Source: Verrucomicrobiaceae bacterium
GTDB lineage: Bacteria; Verrucomicrobiota; Verrucomicrobiia; Verrucomicrobiales; Akkermansiaceae
Assembly (NCBI GenBank): GCA_051252135.1
Contig: JBPOGH010000004.1
Coordinates: forward strand, 193,591 to 257,590
DNA: 64,000 bases
Reading direction: 5' to 3'
In this document: in pieces, positions 18,244 through 27,540 of the stretch
How positions within the stretch are numbered: position 1 is the first letter of the stretch
How the letters are laid out: every line of letters begins with the position of its first letter
The notes under the pieces: generated by a model
What the model was told of the DNA's origin: nothing
The model's database searches: none
The model's input: only the letters and a program-made list of their open reading frames with translations
Made by a program: the position numbers and the translations under genes

Positions 18244-18325
18244 TACCGGGAACAGGGGTCGAACCTGCACGCCCAAGGGCACCGGATCCTAAATCCGGCG
18301 TGTCTACCAATTCCACCATCCCGGC
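18244..18325 (-). tRNA. tRNA-Leu (anticodon TAG), CCA not encoded
   Basis: GCCGGGA/TCCCGGT acceptor stem, TGGTGGAATTGGTAGACAC D-arm, CCGGA-TTTAGGA-TCCGG anticodon arm, long variable arm, GGTTCGACCC. Confidence 0.97.
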
Positions 18326-18338
18326 GATGTGAGGCGGC

Positions 18339-18366
18339 AGGATAGGAGGAATTGTGCATCTTGCAA
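18339..18366 (-). promoter_or_regulatory. Sigma70-like promoter of tRNA-Leu (TTGCAA-16-TATCCT)
   Basis: Matching hexamers; the -10 ends 13 nt upstream of the mature 5' end. Confidence 0.45.
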
Positions 18367-18394
18367 TCGGAAAGGGAACTTGATGGAATAAGGG

Positions 18395-19750
18395 ATGAAG
18401 AACGCCGTCATTTTTTTCGTCTCGGGGTTGATTCTTGGAGGGGTGGTGGTGTTTTCCTGGAAATCGGGGAAAGGAGCGGGTTCGGGATGGGAAGAGGGAG
18501 AGGATGAGCGTGCAACGGTGCGGATGGTGGAGCGGAGGGAGCGGGAGCGCTGGCGGGCGCGGATTCGGCATTCGGGGAGTGGAGGTGAAGATGGGGGAGG
18601 TGGATTGGAAGTGAAGGATGAGTTGATAGCGTTTCTCAAAGGACTGAGCAGGAAGAGTATCGGTGATGCGGATTTCAACTATCTTTCGTCGATTCGGATG
18701 GCGGCCGAGGTGGCGTCGATGGACGAGGCGGAGCTGCTTTCGCTGGTTGAGGTGCTGGGGCAAGTGGAGGACCCGAAGCTGAAAGAGCTTGGGGAGATTG
18801 TGCAGGCCTTGGCCTATCTCCGGTGGTTTGAGGTGAATGGAACGGCGGCGATGGAATTCTTTTTGGACCCGAAGAATGAGCTGCCGAAGGGGGTGGATCG
18901 GGATAGTTTTGTGGGCAATGGGATGCTGGCGTGGACGGAGTATGATCCGGAGGGGGCGAGGCGCTGGATGGAGGGGCAGATTCGGGAGATTGATCGTCGG
19001 GCGGCGGCGGGGGAGGACGAGGAGGCTTTAGGCAAGGAGTTTGAGGCCCTAGCGACGGGGAATATTCATGAGGTGTTTTTATCGGCCTATACCCAGGCGA
19101 AGGGAGAGAAGGCGCGGGAAATTTATGAGGGTTTGGAGCATCCGGAGATTGCAGAGGATATGCGGAGTGACGTGATTGAGGCGATGGCGCGGGAGGAGGA
19201 ATCGGTTGAGAAATTGAAGGCGCTGCTTTTGGAGACCAGGGGTGGGGATTTTGGGGCGCAGTTGACGATTGTGGAGAAGTTGAGCAAGAGTGCGCGGGAT
19301 GATGCGCGGCGGTGGGTGGAGCAGCAGCCGAGTTCCGTGGAGCGGGATCACCTGGTGACCCAGGTGGCGGGGGAGTGGCTGAAGGAGGATCCGGCGGCGG
19401 CGGCGGATTGGTATTTGAGGCAGGAGCTGGTGGAGGAGAATCGGGAGCAGGATCGACTGAGCCGGATTTTTGGAGCGTGGCGGGGGAAGGATCTGGAGGG
19501 GGCGTATGGGTGGCTGGAGTCGCAGCCGGATACGGAAGCGCGGGATCAGGCGGAGTCGCTGGCGGCGAACTCGGCGCTGGGGCAGAAGGATTATGCGCAG
19601 GCGGTGGAGTGGGTCGGGGGGATCCAGAATGAGGCGATGCGGGAGCAGGCTTTTGGGCGGATTTTGAAAAACTCGCGGGACCGAAAGACGGGGGAGTTGC
19701 CGGCGGGTTTGGTAGAGGCGGCGACGGCGGCGGGGTTTGAGGTGGAGTGA
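18395..19750 (+). CDS. Membrane-anchored alpha-helical repeat hypothetical protein (W-x3-DP-x2-A-x2-W repeats)
   Basis: N-terminal TM helix. WTEYDPEGARRW and WLKEDPAAAADW repeats. Confidence 0.8.
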   Translation: MKNAVIFFVSGLILGGVVVFSWKSGKGAGSGWEEGEDERATVRMVERRERERWRARIRHSGSGGEDGGGGLEVKDELIAFLKGLSRKSIGDADFNYLSSIRMAAEVASMDEAELLSLVEVLGQVEDPKLKELGEIVQALAYLRWFEVNGTAAMEFFLDPKNELPKGVDRDSFVGNGMLAWTEYDPEGARRWMEGQIREIDRRAAAGEDEEALGKEFEALATGNIHEVFLSAYTQAKGEKAREIYEGLEHPEIAEDMRSDVIEAMAREEESVEKLKALLLETRGGDFGAQLTIVEKLSKSARDDARRWVEQQPSSVERDHLVTQVAGEWLKEDPAAAADWYLRQELVEENREQDRLSRIFGAWRGKDLEGAYGWLESQPDTEARDQAESLAANSALGQKDYAQAVEWVGGIQNEAMREQAFGRILKNSRDRKTGELPAGLVEAATAAGFEVE

Positions 19751-19753
19751 GAC

Positions 19754-20464
19754 TCAGCGGCCGGGGTTGTACCAGTATTCGTCTCCGGCGGCTTTATCGG
19801 TGCCGGTGAAGGCGCGGGCGATGAAGCTTTGGTCGCGGACGAGGTGCCAGTCGCCGAAGGTGTCGAACTTGCGGCAGGAGGTGGTGAGGGGGGCGCGGAC
19901 GAGGGTGCCGAATTTTTGATCGCGGTGTTGGCCGAGTTTTTTGAGGCGAACGGCGAAGTCGACATCCTCGATGGTGACGAAGTCGGGATTGAATCCGCCG
20001 ACGGCATCGAAGGCGGCTCGGGTGGTCCAGAAGGTGCCGACCGAGACGCGGTATTTGGCGAGGTAGAGGATGGCGATGAGTCCGGTGAGGATGATGCCGG
20101 AGGAGAGTCGGTCGAGAACAACGACGGCTCCGCCGCCGACGTAGTTGCCGCTGGCGAGCTTGGCGGAGACATCGAGGAAGGTGCGGGGGTGGAGGCGGCT
20201 GTCGGCATCGACGGTGATGATGATATCGCCCGAGGAGGCGGCGACGCCGGCGTTGCGAATGAGGGCGAGGTTTTTGGCATCCTCGTGTGCGATGGTGGCT
20301 CCGTAGGTGCGGGCGATCTCTTCGGTGCGGTCGGAGCAGCGGTTCAGGACGACGACGACTTCGACGGGATGAGGGCTTTGTTTTTTGGCGCGGTCGATGG
20401 CGGCGAGGCCTTCGGGGAGGAAGTTTTCCTCGTTGTGCGCGGGGATGATGACAGAAATTGTCAT
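19754..20464 (-). CDS. Glycosyltransferase family 2
   Basis: ISVIIPAHNEE, RNAG, VDAD, EDVDF. Confidence 0.93.
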   Translation of the reverse strand: MTISVIIPAHNEENFLPEGLAAIDRAKKQSPHPVEVVVVLNRCSDRTEEIARTYGATIAHEDAKNLALIRNAGVAASSGDIIITVDADSRLHPRTFLDVSAKLASGNYVGGGAVVVLDRLSSGIILTGLIAILYLAKYRVSVGTFWTTRAAFDAVGGFNPDFVTIEDVDFAVRLKKLGQHRDQKFGTLVRAPLTTSCRKFDTFGDWHLVRDQSFIARAFTGTDKAAGDEYWYNPGR

Positions 20465-20521
20465 GACATCACCATGCGATGAATCTGGACGGAATCAAGA
20501 GGCGTGTTAGGGGTGGGGACG

Positions 20522-21289
20522 ATGTTTTTTCCGCTCAGCGACGATGATCGCCATCTTTCAAGTCCGGCTTACGTGACGATTGTGTTCTTGATCGCGAACG
20601 TGGTGATCTTTCTTTATCAGCTGATGGAGCCGTCGTTTACGTCGGGGTGGAGTGTGATTCCGAAGGAGATCATGACGGGGGCGGACCTGGTGGGGACATC
20701 GGTGATCAAGACGCCGGGGGGGCCATTTCCCATTCCGCAGGAGCCGGGGCCGAGTCCGATTTATGTGACCTTGCTGAGCTCGATGTTCATGCACGGGTCG
20801 TGGATGCACCTGGGAGGGAACATGCTCTACCTGTGGATTTTTGGAGACAATGTGGAGCATCGTTTTGGGCACGTGAGGTTCATTCTTTTTTACCTGGGAA
20901 GCGGTCTGCTGGCTTCAGCGGCGCAGATTGCGCTGAATACGGAGAGCGTGATTCCGAACCTGGGTGCGTCGGGGGCGATCTCGGGGGTGCTGGGTTGTTA
21001 TTTGGTGCTCTTTCCGAGGAACAAAGTGAATGCGGTGTTCTTTTTCCGGATCATTTCGGTGCCCGCGATTGTGGTGCTGGGGATGTGGGGGGTGATGCAG
21101 TTTGTGCAAGGGGCGGGGAGTTTGGCTTCGGCGGGTGAAAGCGGCGGGGTGGCTTATGGGGCGCACATTGGCGGATTTGTGGCGGGGTTGCTGATTGGAT
21201 TTGTGGCGCGGATGGGGATGAAGGAAGAGCCGTCATCGATTCTGAAGAGGCAGTATGCGCGGGACCCGGGAGCGAGGAGATATTGGTAG
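20522..21289 (+). CDS. Rhomboid intramembrane serine protease
   Basis: SMFMHGSWMHLGGNML, GASGAISG, AHIGGF. Confidence 0.95.
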   Translation: MFFPLSDDDRHLSSPAYVTIVFLIANVVIFLYQLMEPSFTSGWSVIPKEIMTGADLVGTSVIKTPGGPFPIPQEPGPSPIYVTLLSSMFMHGSWMHLGGNMLYLWIFGDNVEHRFGHVRFILFYLGSGLLASAAQIALNTESVIPNLGASGAISGVLGCYLVLFPRNKVNAVFFFRIISVPAIVVLGMWGVMQFVQGAGSLASAGESGGVAYGAHIGGFVAGLLIGFVARMGMKEEPSSILKRQYARDPGARRYW

Positions 21290-21327
21290 GGGTTGTTAAT
21301 GGTGGGGGAGTGGGTTAAGCGAGTCGC

Positions 21328-22185
21328 ATGATTCGTGAAATTGTGGTGCATCCGGGTGGTGCGCATAAGGATGACTTTTTGGCCTGTGCGCTTTTGTTGG
21401 CGAAATATCCGGTGACGATTTACCGGAAGGATCCGAGTGAGGCTGATTTGGCTGATGCGGAAGTGGCGGTGGTGGATGTGGGGCACGAGTGGGATGAATC
21501 GAAGATGAACTTTGATCATCATCAGTTTCCACGGGACTCGGAGCCGCTGTGTGCGCTGAGTTTGGTGTTGAAGCACTTCGGGCTTTACGAAGATGCGCAG
21601 AAATTTTGTGACTGGCTTGAAGTGGCGGAGTGGTTCGACACACGCGGTCCGGTTGATACGGGCAAGTGGTTGGGGGTGGAGCGCGAGACGCTCTCGAAGC
21701 TGAACTCACCGATTGATATTACCTTGCTGCGTCGTTTTGCCGGCGGGACCGAGCATGCTCCCGGTGAGCCGATTTGGGAAGTGATGAAGATGGTGGGTGA
21801 AGACCTGCATCATTATCTCACGGGGATGAAAGAGCGTTTGGCTTATGTGGCCGAGAACGCGGAGGTTTGGGAGATGAGCTTTGGAAAAAAAGTGCTCTTT
21901 ATGCCACGGACGGAGCCTTTGCCTGATGAGGCGTCAGCCGGGATGGGGCGTTTTGTGGAAGATAGCGGATTGGCCGACGAAGTGGTGGGTATGGTGTATC
22001 CGGATCGACGTGGAACAGGCTACGGGATGTCCCGTTTTAACGATGACAAGCGGATGGAATATACGCGTGTTGAAGCCGAGGAAGATGTTCATTTTGCCCA
22101 CGCGAAGGGATTTATTGCGAAGACGACGGCGACTGATGTGGTGCGAGTGAGAGAGTTGGTGGAGATGGCTTGGGTGGGGGAGTGA
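21328..22185 (+). CDS. MYG1-family metal-dependent hydrolase
   Basis: VHPGGAHKDD, VVDVG, FDHHQ, FAHAKGFI. Confidence 0.88.
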   Translation: MIREIVVHPGGAHKDDFLACALLLAKYPVTIYRKDPSEADLADAEVAVVDVGHEWDESKMNFDHHQFPRDSEPLCALSLVLKHFGLYEDAQKFCDWLEVAEWFDTRGPVDTGKWLGVERETLSKLNSPIDITLLRRFAGGTEHAPGEPIWEVMKMVGEDLHHYLTGMKERLAYVAENAEVWEMSFGKKVLFMPRTEPLPDEASAGMGRFVEDSGLADEVVGMVYPDRRGTGYGMSRFNDDKRMEYTRVEAEEDVHFAHAKGFIAKTTATDVVRVRELVEMAWVGE

Positions 22186-22283
22186 TGGAGAATTAGGAAT
22201 TTGGAATTAGGGATTTGGAATTGCCTGGTTGGGGGGCTTGGTTGGGGAGAGTTCGGCTAAAGCCTACACTACGAACTGGGGGA

Positions 22284-24155
22284 CTAGCTGATGATGGCGA
22301 CGGGGACGCGGGTGGTGCTTGTGGTGGGGTCGCCGAGGGGGATGGTGCCGGATTTGAAGTGGTCGCCATCGGGTTGAGGGGGGCTTGCGGCGGAGGCTTC
22401 TTTTGGGGAAGCGGTGGTGAGTTTGAGGGCCCGGTTGGGGGAGAGTTTGAGACGGAGCTGATGGGCGGAGCGGCCCATGGTCCAGCGGGTGTTGATCTCG
22501 ACGACGGGTTGCCATTTGAGGGCGGGGCCATCGTGGAAGAAGAAGGAATCGAGGCAGATGGCGCCGTGGTAGTTTTCTTTTCCGAGGAGTTCTTCGAGGG
22601 CGGGGATGAGGTGGTCTTTGAGGGCGGGGAAGACTTCGCGGTTGAGGAGCATGGCTTGCTCGGGCGGGAGTCCGTGCGCGGGTTTGGAGCGGGACTCGGA
22701 GCTGCGCCATTGGCCATCGGCAGATGTTTCCTGATGGACGATGCCGAGGTAGCGGAGGCCTCCCTGGTCGGCGGGGCTGCGGTGGAGGAGGAGGGAGAAT
22801 TCGTGGGCTTTGTCGACCCAGGGCTCGATGAGGAGGGGGCGGTTGGGGAGTTTTGAGAGGTCGTCCTTTGCGAAGCGGTGGATTCCGCGACCGGCGGCTC
22901 CGAAGAGGTCTTTGGCAACCCAGTTTTGGTGGGGGTGGAGGGCGATGAAGTCGGCGATGTCTCCGGTGCAGTGTTTTGCGGGGAGAGGTTGGAGTTCGGT
23001 GGGGAGGAGGGCGCGGAGGCGGAGGGTGGTTTCCTTTGAGAGGAGGGGGGTGAGTTGGGCCCAGGGTTGAATGGCTCGCAGCTTGCGTGATTTTTTGACT
23101 AGTTCGAGGTCGGAGAGGAGTCGTACTTCGGGAAAGATGAGGCCGAAGCGGGCGAGGTGGTCGCGGTGTTGGTCCGAGGGGAGGTGGCGGAGGAGGACGA
23201 TGTCGTCCCGGGAGGGGCCGGCGAGAGCGAAGGCGGGTTCGAGATCGGCGGCGAGTTGGTGAAGTTTTTGTGGGCAGGTCCAGCCGGGGTTGGCGACCTG
23301 GGCTTCGGCATCGGGGTTGAAATACCAGAGGTCGGGGGAGCGTCCGCGGGTGGAGTGGAAGCGTTTGAGCGAGGCGATGAATTCTTCGCTGAGTCCGGCT
23401 TTGCGACGACCTTCTTCATTGAAGGGGGCCATGCCTTTGGCGCGGATGGGGGAGAGGGGGATGTGGAGGCGTTTATGCCAGGCGTCCCAATCGGTCTGGG
23501 CGTTTTCCTTCCAGCGTCGGAGCCATTTGAGGCCGTAGCCGACGTGGGCGATTTCGTCGTGGTAGATTTTGGAGAGGATTTTGGCGGTCTTGGTGTCGCC
23601 GACGTTTTGGAGGACTTCGGAGTAGTGCTTGGCGTAGTCGAGATTGGCCTGCTCGAAGGTGAGGGAGAGGCGGGAGACGTAGTCGAGCGGGCTTTCCATG
23701 TCGGCGATGTGCTCCCAGATCATGGGGGTGACGGGGATATCGCCGAAGGTGACGCCGCATTCCTTCATGCGCTGGATGTACCAGCGGGTGTGGTTTTGTT
23801 CTTCCTGAAGGGTGCGGAGGACGCCGCGGCGGAAGGAATCGGGGGCGTCGGGAAATTTGAGGAGGGCGAGGGCCATGAGCTCGACGGCGAGGAGCTCGTG
23901 GTTGGCGAAAAAGTGGAGGAGGAGGGCGCGTTGTTCTTCGTCCTCGAGTTGCTGGGCGCTGGGGAAGCGGCTGCGGGATTGTTTTTTGACCGGGATGAGA
24001 GAGTCGGGTCGGCCGGGGAGATCGGGGGCGCGGAAGGTGCCGCGTTGGGGGGCGTCGAGGGTGAGGGACGCGGGGGCGTGGGTGAGTTTTTCCTCCAGCG
24101 AGGTCGAGAGCAGGACCCGCTCGGCAAACTCTCGAACTGACTGGGGAGTGTCGAT
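22284..24155 (-). CDS. DUF455 ferritin-like (di-iron) domain fused to an ATP-grasp-like domain; start codon non-canonical or uncertain
   Basis: Frame is open 93 codons upstream of ATG 23876 and includes HFFANHELLAVEL. EEQNH, FEQANLD and DEIAHV ligand motifs. C-terminal GAAGRG, LIEPWV and VEINTR ATP-grasp motifs. Confidence 0.8.
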   Translation of the reverse strand: MDTPQSVREFAERVLLSTSLEEKLTHAPASLTLDAPQRGTFRAPDLPGRPDSLIPVKKQSRSRFPSAQQLEDEEQRALLLHFFANHELLAVELMALALLKFPDAPDSFRRGVLRTLQEEQNHTRWYIQRMKECGVTFGDIPVTPMIWEHIADMESPLDYVSRLSLTFEQANLDYAKHYSEVLQNVGDTKTAKILSKIYHDEIAHVGYGLKWLRRWKENAQTDWDAWHKRLHIPLSPIRAKGMAPFNEEGRRKAGLSEEFIASLKRFHSTRGRSPDLWYFNPDAEAQVANPGWTCPQKLHQLAADLEPAFALAGPSRDDIVLLRHLPSDQHRDHLARFGLIFPEVRLLSDLELVKKSRKLRAIQPWAQLTPLLSKETTLRLRALLPTELQPLPAKHCTGDIADFIALHPHQNWVAKDLFGAAGRGIHRFAKDDLSKLPNRPLLIEPWVDKAHEFSLLLHRSPADQGGLRYLGIVHQETSADGQWRSSESRSKPAHGLPPEQAMLLNREVFPALKDHLIPALEELLGKENYHGAICLDSFFFHDGPALKWQPVVEINTRWTMGRSAHQLRLKLSPNRALKLTTASPKEASAASPPQPDGDHFKSGTIPLGDPTTSTTRVPVAIIS

Positions 24156-24167
24156 GGGGGGAGCGCG

Positions 24168-24551
24168 TTATTTTTGAGGAACGAAGTCGATGACGAGGAC
24201 TTTGTCGAGTGAGGGGAGGAGGAGTTCGCCGAAGGATTTGTGGGCTTCGTGGGGGAGGTAGACTTCGAGTCCGGCCTTGTCCTTGAAGCTGACGATGAAG
24301 CAGTGGGTGAAGCCCTGGTCGTGGTTTTCCGGGCTGACGTTGGTGCCCCATTCGAGATCGGTGATGGTGGGGATGGCTTTTTTGAGGGCGACGAATTCTT
24401 TTTCGATTTTGGCGACCTGTTCCTTGGCGGCATCGTCCTTGAACTTGAAGAGGACGACGTGGCGGTAAGGTGAGGGGGCGGCTTTTTCTTCGTGGTGATT
24501 GGCCATGGCGAAGATGGGGAGGAGGGCGAGGAGGAAGATGATGGTTTTCAT
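24168..24551 (-). CDS. Dabb-family stress-responsive A/B barrel protein, exported
   Basis: RHVVLFKFK, EWGTNVSPE, GFTHCF, YLPHEAH; signal peptide. Confidence 0.93.
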   Translation of the reverse strand: MKTIIFLLALLPIFAMANHHEEKAAPSPYRHVVLFKFKDDAAKEQVAKIEKEFVALKKAIPTITDLEWGTNVSPENHDQGFTHCFIVSFKDKAGLEVYLPHEAHKSFGELLLPSLDKVLVIDFVPQK

Positions 24552-24552
24552 G

Positions 24553-24852
24553 TTATTTGGATTCTTGTTCGCGTTTGAGAGAGGGTTCGAGGAAGAAGGG
24601 GGCGAAGGGGATGAGGGCGCAGAGGAAGACCTGGGCGCAGCGTTTGAGGGACCATTTGTAGCGGTCCCAGCAGACGAGGAGAAGAATGAAGAAGACGGTG
24701 AAGATGGCTCCGTGGATCATGCCGGGGGTGCGGATGGCGTCATCGTTTCCGAGGATGCGTTTCTCGTAGATAGAGAAGTAGAGAAGGATGAGGAAGGAGA
24801 GGCCGTCGAGGAGGGAGAAGAGGCGGAGGAGGCCGAGCGGGAATTGGAACAT
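24553..24852 (-). CDS. DUF3817-family membrane protein
   Basis: DGLSFLILL, GMIHG, ALIPFAPF. Confidence 0.85.
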   Translation of the reverse strand: MFQFPLGLLRLFSLLDGLSFLILLYFSIYEKRILGNDDAIRTPGMIHGAIFTVFFILLLVCWDRYKWSLKRCAQVFLCALIPFAPFFLEPSLKREQESK

Positions 24853-24900
24853 GGGAGGTTTAGAGTTAGGAATTAGGAATTGGGGGGCTTGGTTGGGGGG

Positions 24901-25245
24901 CTAGGGGCGTTTTTGGGTGAGCATGATTTCGTTGCCTTCGGTATCGATGCAGAAGGCGAGGTGGATCATGCCGTCTTCTTCTTCGGGTTCGCGGACGAGG
25001 GAGCCGCCGTTGGCTTTGAGGGATTCGATGCCGGCGATGATGTCATCGCATTGGAAGCTGAGGCCGGTCCAGGTGCGTTTTCCCTCGCCGCCGCCGTGGA
25101 TGCCGATGGTGGATCCGCAGAGGGTGAGTTCGCTCCAGACTTCCATTTCGAACTGGAGTTCGGCGCCGAAGGTCTCCTGGTAGAACTTGATGGCGCGGAG
25201 GTGGTCGGCCGCCCAGATGGCGTATTTTACTTTATGAACGGTCAC
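24901..25245 (-). CDS. VOC / glyoxalase-family protein
   Basis: RAIKFYQETFG, LSFQCDDI, DTEGNEIML. Confidence 0.9.
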   Translation of the reverse strand: MTVHKVKYAIWAADHLRAIKFYQETFGAELQFEMEVWSELTLCGSTIGIHGGGEGKRTWTGLSFQCDDIIAGIESLKANGGSLVREPEEEDGMIHLAFCIDTEGNEIMLTQKRP

Positions 25246-25309
25246 GGAAGAGGAGTATCACTGCTTCGATGGGTGGACAAGTGGGAGGAGTGGGCTAGGG
25301 TCTTTTTCC

Positions 25310-25804
25310 GTGAAGCTTGCACCTTTTCCGAATCCCCGTGTGTTGATGAGGCAGTGGGAGAAGGGCGAGATTACGCGGGATCAGCTGCATGTGCTGATGA
25401 CGCAGCATCAGGAGGCGATCCTTGCGGAGGCGGAGGAGGAGCGGGAGAATCCCTTTGCGAGTTACATTGACCGGATGGTGAACAAGCGGATGGCGAAGAA
25501 GCTCATCGATCGGCATGGGGAGGCGAATCTCCGGGAGTTGTGCCTGGCGCTCTCGGAGCTGGAGGATTTTCTGCCGGCGGCGTTTTTATGGAATGTGAAT
25601 CACTGGGATTTGCCGCTGCATTGTTTTTTTCGGAACAAGCGGGAGCCGGTGTTTCGGGTGCGCGATGTGTTCGTGAAGCATCATCGGGCGATGATGCTGA
25701 TTGAACATGGATCGGCGAACAAGCGGCAGACGCAGCGGGAACGGATCCACTTTGAACGCCACTGGAAGGGCGAGATGAAGGTGGTGCGGCGGGAGGGGGT
25801 TTGA
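25310..25804 (+). CDS. Hypothetical protein
   Basis: 164-aa ORF with normal composition that fills the gap between the VOC gene and rimO. Confidence 0.75.
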   Translation: MKLAPFPNPRVLMRQWEKGEITRDQLHVLMTQHQEAILAEAEEERENPFASYIDRMVNKRMAKKLIDRHGEANLRELCLALSELEDFLPAAFLWNVNHWDLPLHCFFRNKREPVFRVRDVFVKHHRAMMLIEHGSANKRQTQRERIHFERHWKGEMKVVRREGV

Positions 25805-25820
25805 GAGCGCCCGGACAAGT

Positions 25821-27194
25821 TTACTTGGCGATGAGGTCGTAACCGCGGTGGTCGGTGACTTTGAGGGTGGCCCACTCGCCGACGGGGATGTCGAGAGGGA
25901 CGAAGATGCGTCCGTCGATATCGGGGGCGTCCCACATGGAGCGGGCGATGCCTTCTTCTTCAACGAGGACGCGGATTTCTTTTCCGAGTTGGGTCTCGTT
26001 GACTTCCTGGGCGACGAAGTCGATGGCGGAAGTGAGTTCACGGTGACGTTTTTTAATCGTCATGTGGTGGAGGTGGTCGGTGCGCTTTTGGGCGCGGGTG
26101 CCTTCTTCCTTGGAATACTGGAAGATGCCGCAGCGCTCGAACTTGAAGGTCTTGATGAAGTCGAGGAGTTCCTGGTGGTCGGCATCGGTCTCGCCGGGGA
26201 AGCCGGTGATGAAGGTGGTGCGGATGGCGAGGTCCGGGATGCCCTCGCGCATGCGCTGAAGGAGATCGCGGACGTAGTTTCCATCGGTCTTGCGGTTCAT
26301 CTCCTTGAGCATGTGATCGGAGATGTGCTGGAGGGGGATATCGACGTAGCGGGCGACCTTGGGGCACTCGGCGATGGTCTGGATGAGTTCGTCGGACCAG
26401 TGGGCGGGGTGGGTGTAGAGGAGGCGGATCCAGAAGTCTCCCTCGAGGGCGTTGAGTTCACGGAGGAGGGAGGCGAGGGATTCGCCTTTTTCGGAGTTTA
26501 CGCCGGAGGTGGGCTTGGGGCGGTTGCCACGGCCCTGCCAGCGGTCCATGCCGAAGTAGGTGGTGTCCTGGGAGATGAGATTGATTTCCTTAACGCCCTG
26601 GGAGATGAGTCCTTTTGCTTCCTGGACGATGGAGTCCTGGGTGCGGGAGCGGTGTTGGCCGCGGATTTTTGGAATGATGCAGAAGGAGCAGGTGTGATTG
26701 CAGCCTTCGGCGATCTTGAGGTAGGCCATGTGGCCGGGGGTGAGGCGGAAGCGGGGGGTGGTGTAGTCCGGGATGTAGCGGGACTTGGCGGTGACGGTAT
26801 CGAGTGAGCCCTCCTCGCTGACATTTCGGTTGAGAGTTTGGCGGACGATGGAGGCGACGTCGGTGATTTGGTCGAGGCCGATGAAGGCGTCGACTTCCGG
26901 CAGGAGGCCGGGGAGATCTTTTTGGAACCGTTGGGAGAGGCAGCCGGCGACGATGATTTTTTGTTTCTCGCGGGCGGGGTCCTTTTGGCGTGCGTTGACG
27001 GCGTCGATGATGGTGCCGACGGACTCGTCCTTGGCGACATCGATAAAGGAACAGGTGTTGATGATGAGGGCATCGGCCATTTCGGGATCCGGGATGAGGG
27101 TCATGCCTTCATTTTGAAGGTGACCGAGCATGATTTCCGAATCGATGAGGTTCTTGGCACAGCCAAGGGAAATGAGTCCAATCTGGGTGGGCAT
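25821..27194 (-). CDS. rimO: Ribosomal protein S12 methylthiotransferase RimO
   Basis: ISLGCAKNLIDSE, INTCSFI, YLKIAEGCNHTCSFC radical-SAM motif, DAPDIDG. Confidence 0.96.
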   Translation of the reverse strand: MPTQIGLISLGCAKNLIDSEIMLGHLQNEGMTLIPDPEMADALIINTCSFIDVAKDESVGTIIDAVNARQKDPAREKQKIIVAGCLSQRFQKDLPGLLPEVDAFIGLDQITDVASIVRQTLNRNVSEEGSLDTVTAKSRYIPDYTTPRFRLTPGHMAYLKIAEGCNHTCSFCIIPKIRGQHRSRTQDSIVQEAKGLISQGVKEINLISQDTTYFGMDRWQGRGNRPKPTSGVNSEKGESLASLLRELNALEGDFWIRLLYTHPAHWSDELIQTIAECPKVARYVDIPLQHISDHMLKEMNRKTDGNYVRDLLQRMREGIPDLAIRTTFITGFPGETDADHQELLDFIKTFKFERCGIFQYSKEEGTRAQKRTDHLHHMTIKKRHRELTSAIDFVAQEVNETQLGKEIRVLVEEEGIARSMWDAPDIDGRIFVPLDIPVGEWATLKVTDHRGYDLIAK

Positions 27195-27408
27195 AGCGTC
27201 TGGCTGGAGATAAGCAGGGATTGGAGGATTTGGAAGGAATATCAGGGCGCGTGAGTTGTGCTGTGGCGGGAGGAACGGGGATTTCCGCCCGAGGGAGGGT
27301 GGCGAGAGCAGGTGGGCGGCCTGATTTCCGGGCAGGGATTAAGGTCTGCGGGAGCGAGAGGCCGGGGCAGCCGGGAGGAGGTGGCCCCAGGGGGCGTATT
27401 TTTGAGGT

Positions 27409-27453
27409 ATTGACCGGACCGGTGTGAGTGGGGGGCCGACCGGTCCGGTCAAT
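27409..27453. repeat. Perfect 15-bp inverted repeat ATTGACCGGACCGGT with 15-nt loop
   Basis: Read directly. No U-tract on either side. Confidence 0.8.
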
Positions 27454-27540
27454 CCATGGAGCGGGTACGGATGGTGTGTCCGATGGAAGCCCGCAGAGCA
27501 AATTGCGATATGAAATCGGGCAATCTGCAAGATTCAGGAT

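Noticed and set aside
18005..18763. 252-aa ORF as listed in the track
   Set aside because: It runs through tRNA-Leu and overlaps the divergent gene. Only the last 69 codons are credible.
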